Positions 46,411 through 55,069 of a stretch of 64,000 nucleotides of DNA are shown here, in pieces. This stretch comes from Clostridia bacterium (GTDB lineage Bacteria > Bacillota > Clostridia > Oscillospirales > CAG-272): the NCBI GenBank assembly GCA_017444735.1, contig JAFSWB010000088.1, forward strand, positions 3,521 to 67,520, written 5' to 3'. Position 1 is the first letter of the stretch. Each line of letters starts with the position of its first letter. A program made the translations under genes and the position numbers. The notes under the pieces are model-generated. The model had not been told where the DNA came from and did not search any database. It saw only the letters and a list, made by a program, of their open reading frames with translations.

Positions 46411-47454
46411 TCAGCTCTCTTTCGCTTTAGTGATTTTGCCGCCCGACGCCCTTATGAGGCGATTGTAGAGGGCGAGATATTTTCCGGTCTTCGGCGGCAG
46501 TCTGACGTAAACGACGCCGAGTCCCTCCTCGTCCGCCCGTCTCAGAAGGGAGAAGAACGCGTGACAGAAAGCGTCCTCGCTGTCCTCGCCGACGGAGAGA
46601 AGCGCGCGCCGGAGCGCGCCGGCGTTTTTATCGGAGGTGATGACTCCGACCGATTCGCGCGGGTCGGAATTCGCCGCGTCGATCATCTCGCCGTCCGTGC
46701 CGTCGAACGCTACGACGGTCGCCTTCGGCGAGTAGTGTTTATATTTCATTCCCGGAGACAGCGGCTTGTCGCCGCACAGCGCGGGATCGGTCACGGCTCC
46801 CGCCACGCGGACCGCTCCGACGGCGCGCGCGAGCATTTCAGCCGTCACGCCGCCCGGCCGGAGGACCGTGCATCCGCCGTCGCCGTCGAGAGAGATAACG
46901 GTGGATTCGACGCCTATCCGGCACTCGCCGCCGTCGATCACGGCGTCGATCCTGCCCGAAAGGTCCGCCATTACGTGCGCGGCGCACGTGGGGGACGGAG
47001 ACCCCGATCTGTTCGCGGACGGCGCCGCTATCGGGCACCCCGCCGCTTTTATGAGGGCGCGCGCCGCCGGATGATCCGGACAGCGCACCGCCACAGTGTC
47101 GAGTCCCCCCGTGACGGATCGGTCTATGACGTCTTTTTTTTCGAGGACGACGGTGAGAGGTCCCGGCATGAACCGCTCGGCGAGACGGCGGTACGCGTCG
47201 GGAACGACGGCGAAATCCTCCGCCTCACGGGGATCCGAGACGTGGACGATCAGAGGGTTGTCGGACGGTCTTCCCTTCGCCGCGTAGATCTTCGCCGCCG
47301 CGCCGGGAAAGTACGCCGATCCGCCGAGGCCGTAAACGGTCTCCGTCGGAAACGCCACGAGTCCGCCTTCTCTGATTATCCGCCCCGCCTCCCCGATCTT
47401 AACGTCGTCCCCCTCGCCCGTCAGGGTGAAAAGGACCGTTTTCTTCTCATTCAA
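46411..47454 (-). CDS. L-threonylcarbamoyladenylate synthase (Sua5/YwlC type, with C-terminal Sua5 domain)
   Basis: VAFPTETVYGLG, KGRPSDNPLIVHV and SANRSGSPSPT motifs. Confidence 0.88.
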   Translation of the reverse strand: MNEKKTVLFTLTGEGDDVKIGEAGRIIREGGLVAFPTETVYGLGGSAYFPGAAAKIYAAKGRPSDNPLIVHVSDPREAEDFAVVPDAYRRLAERFMPGPLTVVLEKKDVIDRSVTGGLDTVAVRCPDHPAARALIKAAGCPIAAPSANRSGSPSPTCAAHVMADLSGRIDAVIDGGECRIGVESTVISLDGDGGCTVLRPGGVTAEMLARAVGAVRVAGAVTDPALCGDKPLSPGMKYKHYSPKATVVAFDGTDGEMIDAANSDPRESVGVITSDKNAGALRRALLSVGEDSEDAFCHAFFSLLRRADEEGLGVVYVRLPPKTGKYLALYNRLIRASGGKITKAKES

Positions 47455-47458
47455 CTTC

Positions 47459-48526
47459 TTATATTCCTTCTTTCAGCTTCTCGGCTGTATCGGCGGCGAT
47501 CAGTTTGTCTATCACCGGGTCCATTTCGCCGTTGACGAACGCTTCGAGCGAGTAGAGCGTAAGACCTATCCGATGGTCCGTCACCCTTCCCTGCGGGAAA
47601 TTGTACGTCCTGATCCGCTCGCTCCTGTCGCCGCTCCCCACCTGGGAGCGGCGCGCGCCGGCTATCTTTTCCGTCTGCTCGCGCACCTTCATATCGTAGA
47701 GCTTCGCGCGGAGGATCTTCATCGCCCGGTCGCGGTTCTTGAACTGGCTCCGCTCGTCCTGACATTCGATAACGATACCCGTCGGTTTGTGGAGAAGTCT
47801 GATCGCCGACTCGGTCTTGTTGATGTGCTGACCGCCCGCGCCGGACGATTTGATCGTCTCGATCTCGACGTCGCCGGGGTCGATCTCTATCTCGACGTCC
47901 TCCGCCTCGGGAAGCGTCGCGACCGTCGCCGCCGACGTGTGGATCCTGCCCGCCGTCTCCGTCTCGGGGACACGCTGGACTCTGTGGACGCCGCCCTCAA
48001 ACTTGAAGCGCGACCACGCGCCCTCGCCCGATACGATGAAAGAGATCTCCTTATACCCGCCGAGCTCCGTCTCGTTCGCGTTGACGACCTCGACGCGGAA
48101 GCCCCTTTTCGCCGCGTACATCGAATACATACGGTAGAGGACGCCCGCGAAGAGCGCCGCCTCCTCCCCGCCCGTTCCGGCGCGGATCTCGACGACGACG
48201 TTCTTGTCGTCGTCCGGATCGCGCGGCAGAAGAAGCACCCGGAGCTCGTCCTCGATCGCCGGCAAGCGTCGCTTCAGCTCGTGGTACTCGGAGAGCGCGA
48301 AATCCTTCATCTCGCGGTCTTCTTCCTCCTCCGACAAGGCGAGCGCCTCCTCCGCGGAGCGGAGAACGCTCTCGTACTCGCGGTATTTTTCGACCGTGGG
48401 AAGAAGATTCTTCCTCTCCCGCATCAATCGCTTGTATTTTTCAATATCGCTCGCCGCCGCCGGATCGGAAAGCTCCGCCTCGATCCGGTCGAACCGCTCC
48501 GAGACGGCTTTCAGTTTGTCGATCAT
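47459..48526 (-). CDS. prfA: peptide chain release factor 1
   Basis: GGQ motif SGAGGQHINKTESA and a PxT-type recognition loop (RVPETE). 355 aa. Confidence 0.95.
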   Translation of the reverse strand: MIDKLKAVSERFDRIEAELSDPAAASDIEKYKRLMRERKNLLPTVEKYREYESVLRSAEEALALSEEEEDREMKDFALSEYHELKRRLPAIEDELRVLLLPRDPDDDKNVVVEIRAGTGGEEAALFAGVLYRMYSMYAAKRGFRVEVVNANETELGGYKEISFIVSGEGAWSRFKFEGGVHRVQRVPETETAGRIHTSAATVATLPEAEDVEIEIDPGDVEIETIKSSGAGGQHINKTESAIRLLHKPTGIVIECQDERSQFKNRDRAMKILRAKLYDMKVREQTEKIAGARRSQVGSGDRSERIRTYNFPQGRVTDHRIGLTLYSLEAFVNGEMDPVIDKLIAADTAEKLKEGI

Positions 48527-48532
48527 ACCGGA

Positions 48533-49933
48533 TCACTCGGCGTTGAACGCCGAGAACGCCTTGTGCGCCTCGTAGAGGTCGCCCTTCGATATTATCTCGA
48601 ACGGCGAGTGCATCGCTATGACGGGAACTCCTATGTCGATCGTGTCGATATTGAGCGTCGAGATAAACATCGCGACCGTTCCGCCGCCGCCCTGATCGAC
48701 CTTGCCGAGCTCAGCCATCTGCCAGACGACGCCCGCGCGGTCGAGAAGCGACCTCATTTTCGCCGAAAATTCAGCTCCGGCGTCGTTGGTGCTGACCTTG
48801 CCGCCGTGACCCGTGTACTTGCAGAAGCCGACGCCGCAGTGAAGGATCGCCGAGTTCCTCTTCTCGAACGCCTCGGGGTAGTTCGGATCGTAAGCCGCGG
48901 CGACGTCCGCTGACAGGCACGCCGAATGAGCGCGCACGACCGCGGGATCGGCGCCGAGATCGCGGGAGATCTTGTCGACGAGATCCGAGAAGAGCTTGCC
49001 CTTCATTCCCGTCGGGCCGTCGCTCCCGACCTCTTCCTTGTCGGCGAAGATAGCGATAAGCGTGTGATTCGGAGACGCCGCGTTGTCGAGAAGCGCGGTG
49101 AGCATCGGATACGCGCAGACTCTGTCGTCGTGGCCGTAAGCGCCGATCAGCCATCTGTCAAATCCGACGTCGGCGGCCTTTGTCGCGGGAACGGCGCAGA
49201 GATCGGCGCTGAGGAAATCCTCCTCCGTGATCCCGTATTTTTCTTTGAGAATGGAGAGGATATTGATTTTTACGGCGTCGTTCTCGACGGGTTTCCCCTC
49301 GTCGAGGGCGGGGGAGGAACAGATCATAATATTAAGCCCCTCGCCGGTAAACGCCTTGTTGAGCGGCTTGGTGCCCTGCTCGCCCGCGAGGTGCGGAAGA
49401 AGGTCCGAGATGCAGAAGACGGGATCGCCCTCGTCCTCGCCGACGACGATGTCGACGGTCGATCCGTCCTTCTTCACGACGACGCCGTGAAGGGAGAGCG
49501 GGATCGTCGGCCACTGGTACTTCCTGACGCCGCCGTAGTAGTGCGTCTTGAAATATCCGACGCCGTCCGACTCGAAGACCGGGAGTGGCTTCAGGTCGAG
49601 GCGCGGGGAGTCGATGTGAGAGGCGGAAATGCGGATCCCGATCTCTTCGATATCGCCGGAACCGACGACCGCCGCCATCACGTTCTTTCCTCTGTTGTTG
49701 ATGAAGAATCTGTCTCCCGTGCGGAGCGTCTTCTTCGGATCGTATTCCTCAAAGCCCGCCTCTCTGAGCGCCGCGATGATGTTGCGCGACGCCTCGCGCT
49801 CGGTCTTGCTCTTGTCGAGCCACTTCATATAGCGGGCGCCGTATTCCTTCATCTTCGAGATCTCTTCCTCGCTCTCTCTTTCAAAGACGGTCTTTTTCTT
49901 GTAAATCAGATCTTCAAATTTGTTCTCGCTCAT
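48533..49933 (-). CDS. M18-family aminopeptidase
   Basis: 466 aa with SASHIDSPRLDLKP, HDDRVC and EEVGS motifs. Confidence 0.85.
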   Translation of the reverse strand: MSENKFEDLIYKKKTVFERESEEEISKMKEYGARYMKWLDKSKTEREASRNIIAALREAGFEEYDPKKTLRTGDRFFINNRGKNVMAAVVGSGDIEEIGIRISASHIDSPRLDLKPLPVFESDGVGYFKTHYYGGVRKYQWPTIPLSLHGVVVKKDGSTVDIVVGEDEGDPVFCISDLLPHLAGEQGTKPLNKAFTGEGLNIMICSSPALDEGKPVENDAVKINILSILKEKYGITEEDFLSADLCAVPATKAADVGFDRWLIGAYGHDDRVCAYPMLTALLDNAASPNHTLIAIFADKEEVGSDGPTGMKGKLFSDLVDKISRDLGADPAVVRAHSACLSADVAAAYDPNYPEAFEKRNSAILHCGVGFCKYTGHGGKVSTNDAGAEFSAKMRSLLDRAGVVWQMAELGKVDQGGGGTVAMFISTLNIDTIDIGVPVIAMHSPFEIISKGDLYEAHKAFSAFNAE

Positions 49934-49954
49934 GATATATGCTTCCTTTCGGTT

Positions 49955-50527
49955 TTATTGATCAGCGTAAAGAGATTTGTATTTGTCGGCGATCTCCTCG
50001 AGCTTCCTGACCTCCGAGAGAACGTCGGCGTCGGGTATTTCGAGCTTTCCCATTTCTCCGAGAAGCTCGGGGTCCTCCCGCCACAGGTCGACTTTCTCGC
50101 TGCCGCAGACGACCGCGGCGTAGACCTGTTCCCACCTGCCGTACGAGCTGTAAAGCGTCGAGAGCCAGAAAGTCCCGTATTTGACGTTCGTCTCGGGATC
50201 GTACAGGATGCCGTCGGTCAGGTCCTCGCGCGTCAGCGTCAGAAGGCGGGCGAAAACGACGGGCTTAACGCCCATCAGTCCCACTCCCGTGTCGCTCGCG
50301 ACGAAGTTCGACTGAAAATTGCTTTTATACTTTATCACCGAGAAGACGACCTCCTCGGGAACGCCGTATTCGCCGGAATATCTGACGACGTATTCGCGGA
50401 AATCCCGCGGGTAGTTTTTGAGGTCGGACCGCCTCGCTATCGACTGGAAGATCAGTCCGACGCCGACCGACAGAAGAATGATCGCGGTTATGACCGCCGA
50501 CCGTATGAGCGCTTTTTTATATCTCAT
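49955..50527 (-). CDS. membrane-anchored SLT (lytic transglycosylase)-like domain protein, catalytic Glu not conserved
   Basis: An N-terminal TM segment followed by YGVPEEVVFSVIKYKSNFQSNFVASDTGVGLMGV. This aligns with the SLT ES...GLMQ block but reads KS...GLMG. Confidence 0.65.
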   Translation of the reverse strand: MRYKKALIRSAVITAIILLSVGVGLIFQSIARRSDLKNYPRDFREYVVRYSGEYGVPEEVVFSVIKYKSNFQSNFVASDTGVGLMGVKPVVFARLLTLTREDLTDGILYDPETNVKYGTFWLSTLYSSYGRWEQVYAAVVCGSEKVDLWREDPELLGEMGKLEIPDADVLSEVRKLEEIADKYKSLYADQ

Positions 50528-51165
50528 TTCCCGTATTTTTCCTTTATGATCTCCGACAGCCTTCCGACGTCCTTTCTGATCGACGCGAAGGAGCGGTGAG
50601 TGTCGATTATCAGGTCGACCGGAAGGGTCTCGGGTCTCGGCTGCGTTTTAAGACGCGCCGCCGCGTCCTCCTCCGGTATCCCGTCGCGCGCCGCTATCCG
50701 TCGGACGAGCGTCTCGTCCGGCGCGTCCGTCGCGATGACGAGGGCGCATTTCTTGTCAAATCCGCTCTCGAAAAGGAGCGGCGCGTCGATAATGACGATC
50801 GGGAACCCGTCGTCGAAAAGCGCCGCCGCGCGTCTTTCCGCCTCGTCGAGGACGGCGCCGTGCGTCGTCCTGTTGAGGAGCTCTCTGTCGCGGTCCCCGC
50901 CCTCGCGGAAGACGATCGAGGAGAGCTTTCGCCTGTCGAGCGAGCCGTCGGGAAGGACGATATCATCCCCGAAGGCGTCCGCCAGCGCCGCCGTCAGCGG
51001 CGCGGGTCTTCCCGATCCGTCCTCGGGAGCGGTCAGCTCACGGTATATTCTGTCCGTGTCGAGCGACGGTATCCCGAATTCCGAAAAGAACGAGGCGACG
51101 GTCCCCTTGCCGGACCCGCTTCTGCCGCAGAGACCTATAAAAACCGGTAGAGATCCGCTTTTCAT
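50524..51165 (-). CDS. coaE: dephospho-CoA kinase
   Basis: P-loop GLCGRSGSGKGT and DTDRIYREL. The stop overlaps the SLT-like gene's start (ATGA). The start is uncertain (51165, 51219 or 51249). Confidence 0.8.
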   Translation of the reverse strand: MKSGSLPVFIGLCGRSGSGKGTVASFFSEFGIPSLDTDRIYRELTAPEDGSGRPAPLTAALADAFGDDIVLPDGSLDRRKLSSIVFREGGDRDRELLNRTTHGAVLDEAERRAAALFDDGFPIVIIDAPLLFESGFDKKCALVIATDAPDETLVRRIAARDGIPEEDAAARLKTQPRPETLPVDLIIDTHRSFASIRKDVGRLSEIIKEKYGK

Positions 51166-51329
51166 CCGACCGAAGCACCCCGTTTCATCACATAATTCTT
51201 CAATTATATATGATACCATAAAACATTTTTTTTTGCAAGCGAATACCATTGTATTCGGGGCGCGTTTATGCTACAATAGTGATGAAAAAAACCGGATGCG
51301 TCACATCCGGAAAAACGGGAGGATATGCA

Positions 51330-52451
51330 ATGCTGAAGGTAGGTATAGTCGGAGGAAGAGCGATGTCGTTCGTGAACGCCATCAACTCGCGGGACGACGC
51401 GAAGGTCACGGCGATCTGCGACCTCGACGAGGAGATCCTGAACATCCAGGCTGAAAATATCGGGCTCGACAAGAGCGTGCGGTTCAGGATCTACGAGGAT
51501 ATGCTCGACCGCGCCGATATCGACGCCGTGCTGATCGCGACTCCGATGCAGTGCCACGTTCCGCAGGCGATCAAGGCTCTTCAGTCCGGTCGTCACGTGA
51601 TGAGCGAGGTGACCGCCGCCGTAACGATGGACGAGCTCTGGTGGCTCATTGAAGCGGTCGAAAAATCGGGAAAGATCTATATGTACTCCGAGAATTACTG
51701 CTACACTCCGGAGATGCAGACCGTAAAGGCGATGGCGGACGCCGGACTCTTCGGAAAGATCTACTACGCCGAGGGCGAGTACACGCACGACTGCACGGAG
51801 CTCCGGAACTGGCACGGGCAGGTCGGCTGGCGCTCTTACTGGCAGATGGGCACGCGCGGCGCGTTCTATCCGACTCATTCGCTCGGTCCGATCATGCAGT
51901 GTATCCCGGACGATAAGATCGCCGAGATCTCGTGCTTCAGCTCCGGCAATCACAACCCGTACGGGCTCCGCAACGACGACACCAATATCGTCATGTGCCG
52001 TCTGAGGAGCGGCGGACTCGTCAAGATCCGCGTCGATACGGTCTCCCCGCGTCCGCACAATTTGATGTATTACCAGATCCAGGGTACGGGCGGCTGCTTC
52101 GAGGCCCCGAGGACGGGCGGCGAGCACAAGGTCGCCGTCGACACGAAGGAAAACCCCGAGGGACACAAAAGCTGGCGTCCGCTCTCCGATTTCTCCCATC
52201 TGCTCCCCGAGAGATTCAGATCCGGAGCCGGAGAAGGCGCCGGTCACGGCGGCGGCGACTTCTACATCGTCGAGGACTTTGTGAACGCCGTCAATACTAA
52301 CACGCAGCCGTTCCTGAACGTCTATCGCGCCGCCGAGTGGACCGCGGTCGCGCTCCTCAGTCAGCTCTCCGTCACGAACAACGGCAGAACGATGGAAATG
52401 CCCGATTTCAGGCCGGGAATGAGCTGGGACGAGAAGAGGATCAAGCTGTAA
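51330..52451 (+). CDS. Gfo/Idh/MocA-family oxidoreductase
   Basis: MLKVGIVGG Rossmann N-terminus. The ATG at 51330 has a GGGAGG 7 nt upstream. Confidence 0.8.
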   Translation: MLKVGIVGGRAMSFVNAINSRDDAKVTAICDLDEEILNIQAENIGLDKSVRFRIYEDMLDRADIDAVLIATPMQCHVPQAIKALQSGRHVMSEVTAAVTMDELWWLIEAVEKSGKIYMYSENYCYTPEMQTVKAMADAGLFGKIYYAEGEYTHDCTELRNWHGQVGWRSYWQMGTRGAFYPTHSLGPIMQCIPDDKIAEISCFSSGNHNPYGLRNDDTNIVMCRLRSGGLVKIRVDTVSPRPHNLMYYQIQGTGGCFEAPRTGGEHKVAVDTKENPEGHKSWRPLSDFSHLLPERFRSGAGEGAGHGGGDFYIVEDFVNAVNTNTQPFLNVYRAAEWTAVALLSQLSVTNNGRTMEMPDFRPGMSWDEKRIKL

Positions 52452-52477
52452 AGCGAAGCGCGCTTACCAAAAAAAAT

Positions 52478-52530
52478 GATCCCTGCGATTTCCGAGTGTT
52501 CCGAAAGACACTCGGCGAATCGCAGGGATC
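52478..52530. terminator. bidirectional long nested hairpin terminator
   Basis: GATCCCTGCGATTTCCGAGTGT-TCCGAAAG-ACACTCGGCGAATCGCAGGGATC, flanked by an A8 run and a T-rich run. Confidence 0.8.
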
Positions 52531-52539
52531 TTCTTTTTC

Positions 52540-53448
52540 TTACATTTTGGACGTGAAGTACTGTCTTGCGCCGCACTTCGTGCAGAAGACCGCCTGCGCG
52601 CTGATCTCGGCGCCGCAAGCCGTGCAGTACCTTACGCTCTTTGCCTGCTCCTGACGGGGAGCCGACAGCTTGGTCCCGCATCCGGTGCAGAAGATCGACC
52701 CCGGACGGCATTTAGCCCCGCATTTCGGGCAGACCGGCGAATCGTCGGCGATCGGCGGCGGGTTGGGGGCGGCGGGAGCGGGTTCGCTGAAGGTGTTCGG
52801 GTCAAACGCGGGCTGTTCGACGGCCGGAGCTTCGACGATCGGCGCCTCGACGACCGGAGCCTCGACGGCCGGGGCTTCGACGACCGGAGCTTCAACGACC
52901 GGAGCTTCAACGACCGGAGCTTCGACGACCGGAGCTTCGACGACCGGAGCCTCGACGACCGGAGCCTCGACGACCGGCGCTTCGACGACCGGAGCTTCGA
53001 CGACCGGAGCTTCGACGACCGGAGCTTCGACGACCGGAGCTTCGACGACCGGGGCCTCGACGACCGGGGCCTCGACGACCGGAGCTTCGATTATCGGTTC
53101 CTCCGCGGGAGTTTCATCAACAACCGGTTCTTCGTCCGCGGTCTCTTCCGCGGGCGCCCCGATCTTCGCTCCGCACGTCGTGCAGAACATCGCGTCCGGC
53201 TCGAGAGCCGCGCCGCAGACGGGACATTTCGGCCCGTTCTCGAGCTGTTCGAGTTTCTTTTTCGCCTCTTCGATCTTTTCTTTCGATTCGCGGACCTTCG
53301 CGACGAGCGCCTCGAGTTCGGGGTCGGGCTCGCCGCCGCCGGATGCGTATCTCTCGCCTATTTCGCCGTACGCCTCGACGACCGCGCTCTCCGCGCGTGA
53401 TATCAGATCGCGGAGAGATTCTTTTTCACGTTCCACGTCAAAAGCCAT
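52540..53448 (-). CDS. triple zinc-ribbon protein with a 19-unit APVVE repeat
   Basis: Coiled-coil N-terminus, CPVCG...CTTCG, the repeat region, then CPKCG...CTGCG and CTACG...CTKCG. Confidence 0.75.
   Translation of the reverse strand: MAFDVEREKESLRDLISRAESAVVEAYGEIGERYASGGGEPDPELEALVAKVRESKEKIEEAKKKLEQLENGPKCPVCGAALEPDAMFCTTCGAKIGAPAEETADEEPVVDETPAEEPIIEAPVVEAPVVEAPVVEAPVVEAPVVEAPVVEAPVVEAPVVEAPVVEAPVVEAPVVEAPVVEAPVVEAPVVEAPAVEAPVVEAPIVEAPAVEQPAFDPNTFSEPAPAAPNPPPIADDSPVCPKCGAKCRPGSIFCTGCGTKLSAPRQEQAKSVRYCTACGAEISAQAVFCTKCGARQYFTSKM
52816..53100 (-). repeat. 19 x 15-bp in-frame tandem repeat (A-P-V-V-E)
   Basis: Plus-strand units yTCGACGACCGGrGC were counted line by line. Variants are mostly synonymous (GAA/GAG, GTC/GTT, CCG/CCC). 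Confidence 0.9.
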
Positions 53449-53483
53449 CGTATATCTCCTTTTCTGTTTTATTTTCTTTTTTT

Positions 53484-53512
53484 ATTCTATCACTAAGCAG
53501 GGGCGATATCAA
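53484..53512 (-). promoter_or_regulatory. putative promoter of the zinc-ribbon repeat gene
   Basis: The minus strand reads TTGATA, a 17-nt spacer, then TAGAAT. Confidence 0.5.
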
Positions 53513-53769
53513 TCCCCGCGCGCCTCGTCGCGGGCTTTCAGAACGGCGCGGGCGAGCTGATCGGCGCACGACGTCGGTTTCCCGCCGCACGTGTTTCCGA
53601 GCACTTTTCCGGCGATCTCGTCGACGGTCCAGCCGTCGAGGATCTTCGAGATCGCCTTGAGGTTGCCGTTGCACCCTCCGATGAATTCGATATTCGTCAC
53701 GACGTCCCCGTCGATGTCGAAAAGGATCTCGCTCGAGCACGTCATGGAGGTTTTGTATCTGTATCTCAT
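53509..53769 (-). CDS. TSCPD-domain (TIGR03905-like) small protein
   Basis: 86 aa from the RBS-supported ATG at 53769. It has MRYRYKTSMTCSSEILFDIDGDVVTNIEFIGGCNGNLKAI...TSCADQLA. Confidence 0.7.
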   Translation of the reverse strand: MRYRYKTSMTCSSEILFDIDGDVVTNIEFIGGCNGNLKAISKILDGWTVDEIAGKVLGNTCGGKPTSCADQLARAVLKARDEARGD

Positions 53770-53934
53770 TTTTTCGTCCCCCGTTCGGGTATTATCAATT
53801 TTATTATATCCGCTCATTTTTTCCGTGTCAACATCGCCGTGTCAAAAAATTAACTTTTGCGCCCTTTTTCCCCGTTGACCCGCCGGGAATATAATGGTAG
53901 AATAAAAAAAAAAGAAGAAAGCGGGTGTTCCCAT

Positions 53935-55041
53935 ATGTTCGGAGAAAAAAAGAATTTCGGATTCGGCTGTATGCGTCTTCCTCAGAAGGACGGCGTCCCC
54001 GACGTCGGGACCTTTTCCCGCATGGTCGACCGCTTTATGGAGGCGGGCTTCAATTATTTCGACACGGCGCACGGATATCACAGGGGAAAATCGGAGACCG
54101 CGCTCAGGGAATCCCTGACGTCCCGCTATCCGCGCGACTCGTATATCCTCGTCGACAAGCTCTCCGACAACTATTTCTCAAGCGAAGAGGAGATAAGACC
54201 GTTTTTCGAAAGCCAGCTCAAGGCGCTCGGGGTCGATTATCTCGATCTCTACCTCATGCACGCGCAGGACGAGAGGAACTACGCGAAGTACAAGGAATGC
54301 CGCGCATACGAGACGGCGCTCGAACTGAAAAAAGAGGGCGCGATCCGTCATTTCGGCATCTCGTTCCACGACCGCGCGGAAGTCCTCGACCGCATCCTGA
54401 CCGAGTATCCCGAGATCGAGGCGGTCCAGATCCAGTTCAACTATCTCGATTACGACTCACCGTCCGTTCAGTCGCGCCTCTGCTACGAGACGTGCCGGAA
54501 GCACGGGAAGCCGGTCATCGTTATGGAGCCGGTCAAGGGCGGATCGCTCGCCAGGGTTCCCGACGACGTCGCCGCGATCATCTCGCCGCTCGGGATATCT
54601 CCCGCGGAGCTCGCGATCCGTTACGCGGCGTCGTTCGAGGGCGTTTTTATGGTCCTCTCGGGGATGAGCGATCTTTCCATGGTAGAGGAGAACGTGTCGT
54701 TCATGAGCGATTTCCGTCCGCTCGGCGACGAAGAAAAGGCAGTTGTCGAAAAAGCGCGCGAGGCGTTTTCCGCCCGCCGGTCGATCCCCTGCACCGGGTG
54801 CAGATACTGTACGGAGAGATGCCCCGCCGGGATACCGATCCCGGAGATATTCTCCTGTCTCAACACGAAGGACGAGTTCGGCACGTGGAACGCGAATTTT
54901 TACTACGAGCAGTTCACGGCGAGCGGTCCGAAAGCGTCCGACTGCCTCGAATGCGGCGCGTGCGAGGACGGCTGTCCCCAGCATCTCGGGATCAGAGCGC
55001 TTCTGAAGCGGGCGGCGGAGACGTTTGAGAAAGAACAATGA
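53935..55041 (+). CDS. aldo/keto reductase with a C-terminal 4Fe-4S ferredoxin-like domain
   Basis: FGFGCMRLP...FDTAHGY AKR core, followed by the Cys clusters CTGCRYCTERCP and CLECGACEDGCP. Confidence 0.85.
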   Translation: MFGEKKNFGFGCMRLPQKDGVPDVGTFSRMVDRFMEAGFNYFDTAHGYHRGKSETALRESLTSRYPRDSYILVDKLSDNYFSSEEEIRPFFESQLKALGVDYLDLYLMHAQDERNYAKYKECRAYETALELKKEGAIRHFGISFHDRAEVLDRILTEYPEIEAVQIQFNYLDYDSPSVQSRLCYETCRKHGKPVIVMEPVKGGSLARVPDDVAAIISPLGISPAELAIRYAASFEGVFMVLSGMSDLSMVEENVSFMSDFRPLGDEEKAVVEKAREAFSARRSIPCTGCRYCTERCPAGIPIPEIFSCLNTKDEFGTWNANFYYEQFTASGPKASDCLECGACEDGCPQHLGIRALLKRAAETFEKEQ

Positions 55042-55046
55042 AAACA

Positions 55047-55069
55047 ACGCTCCGGTCAATCCGGAGCGT
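55047..55069. terminator. bidirectional hairpin between the AKR and RT genes
   Basis: ACGCTCCGG-TCAAT-CCGGAGCGT with T-rich flanks on both strands. The RT stop codon lies in the loop. Confidence 0.65.
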
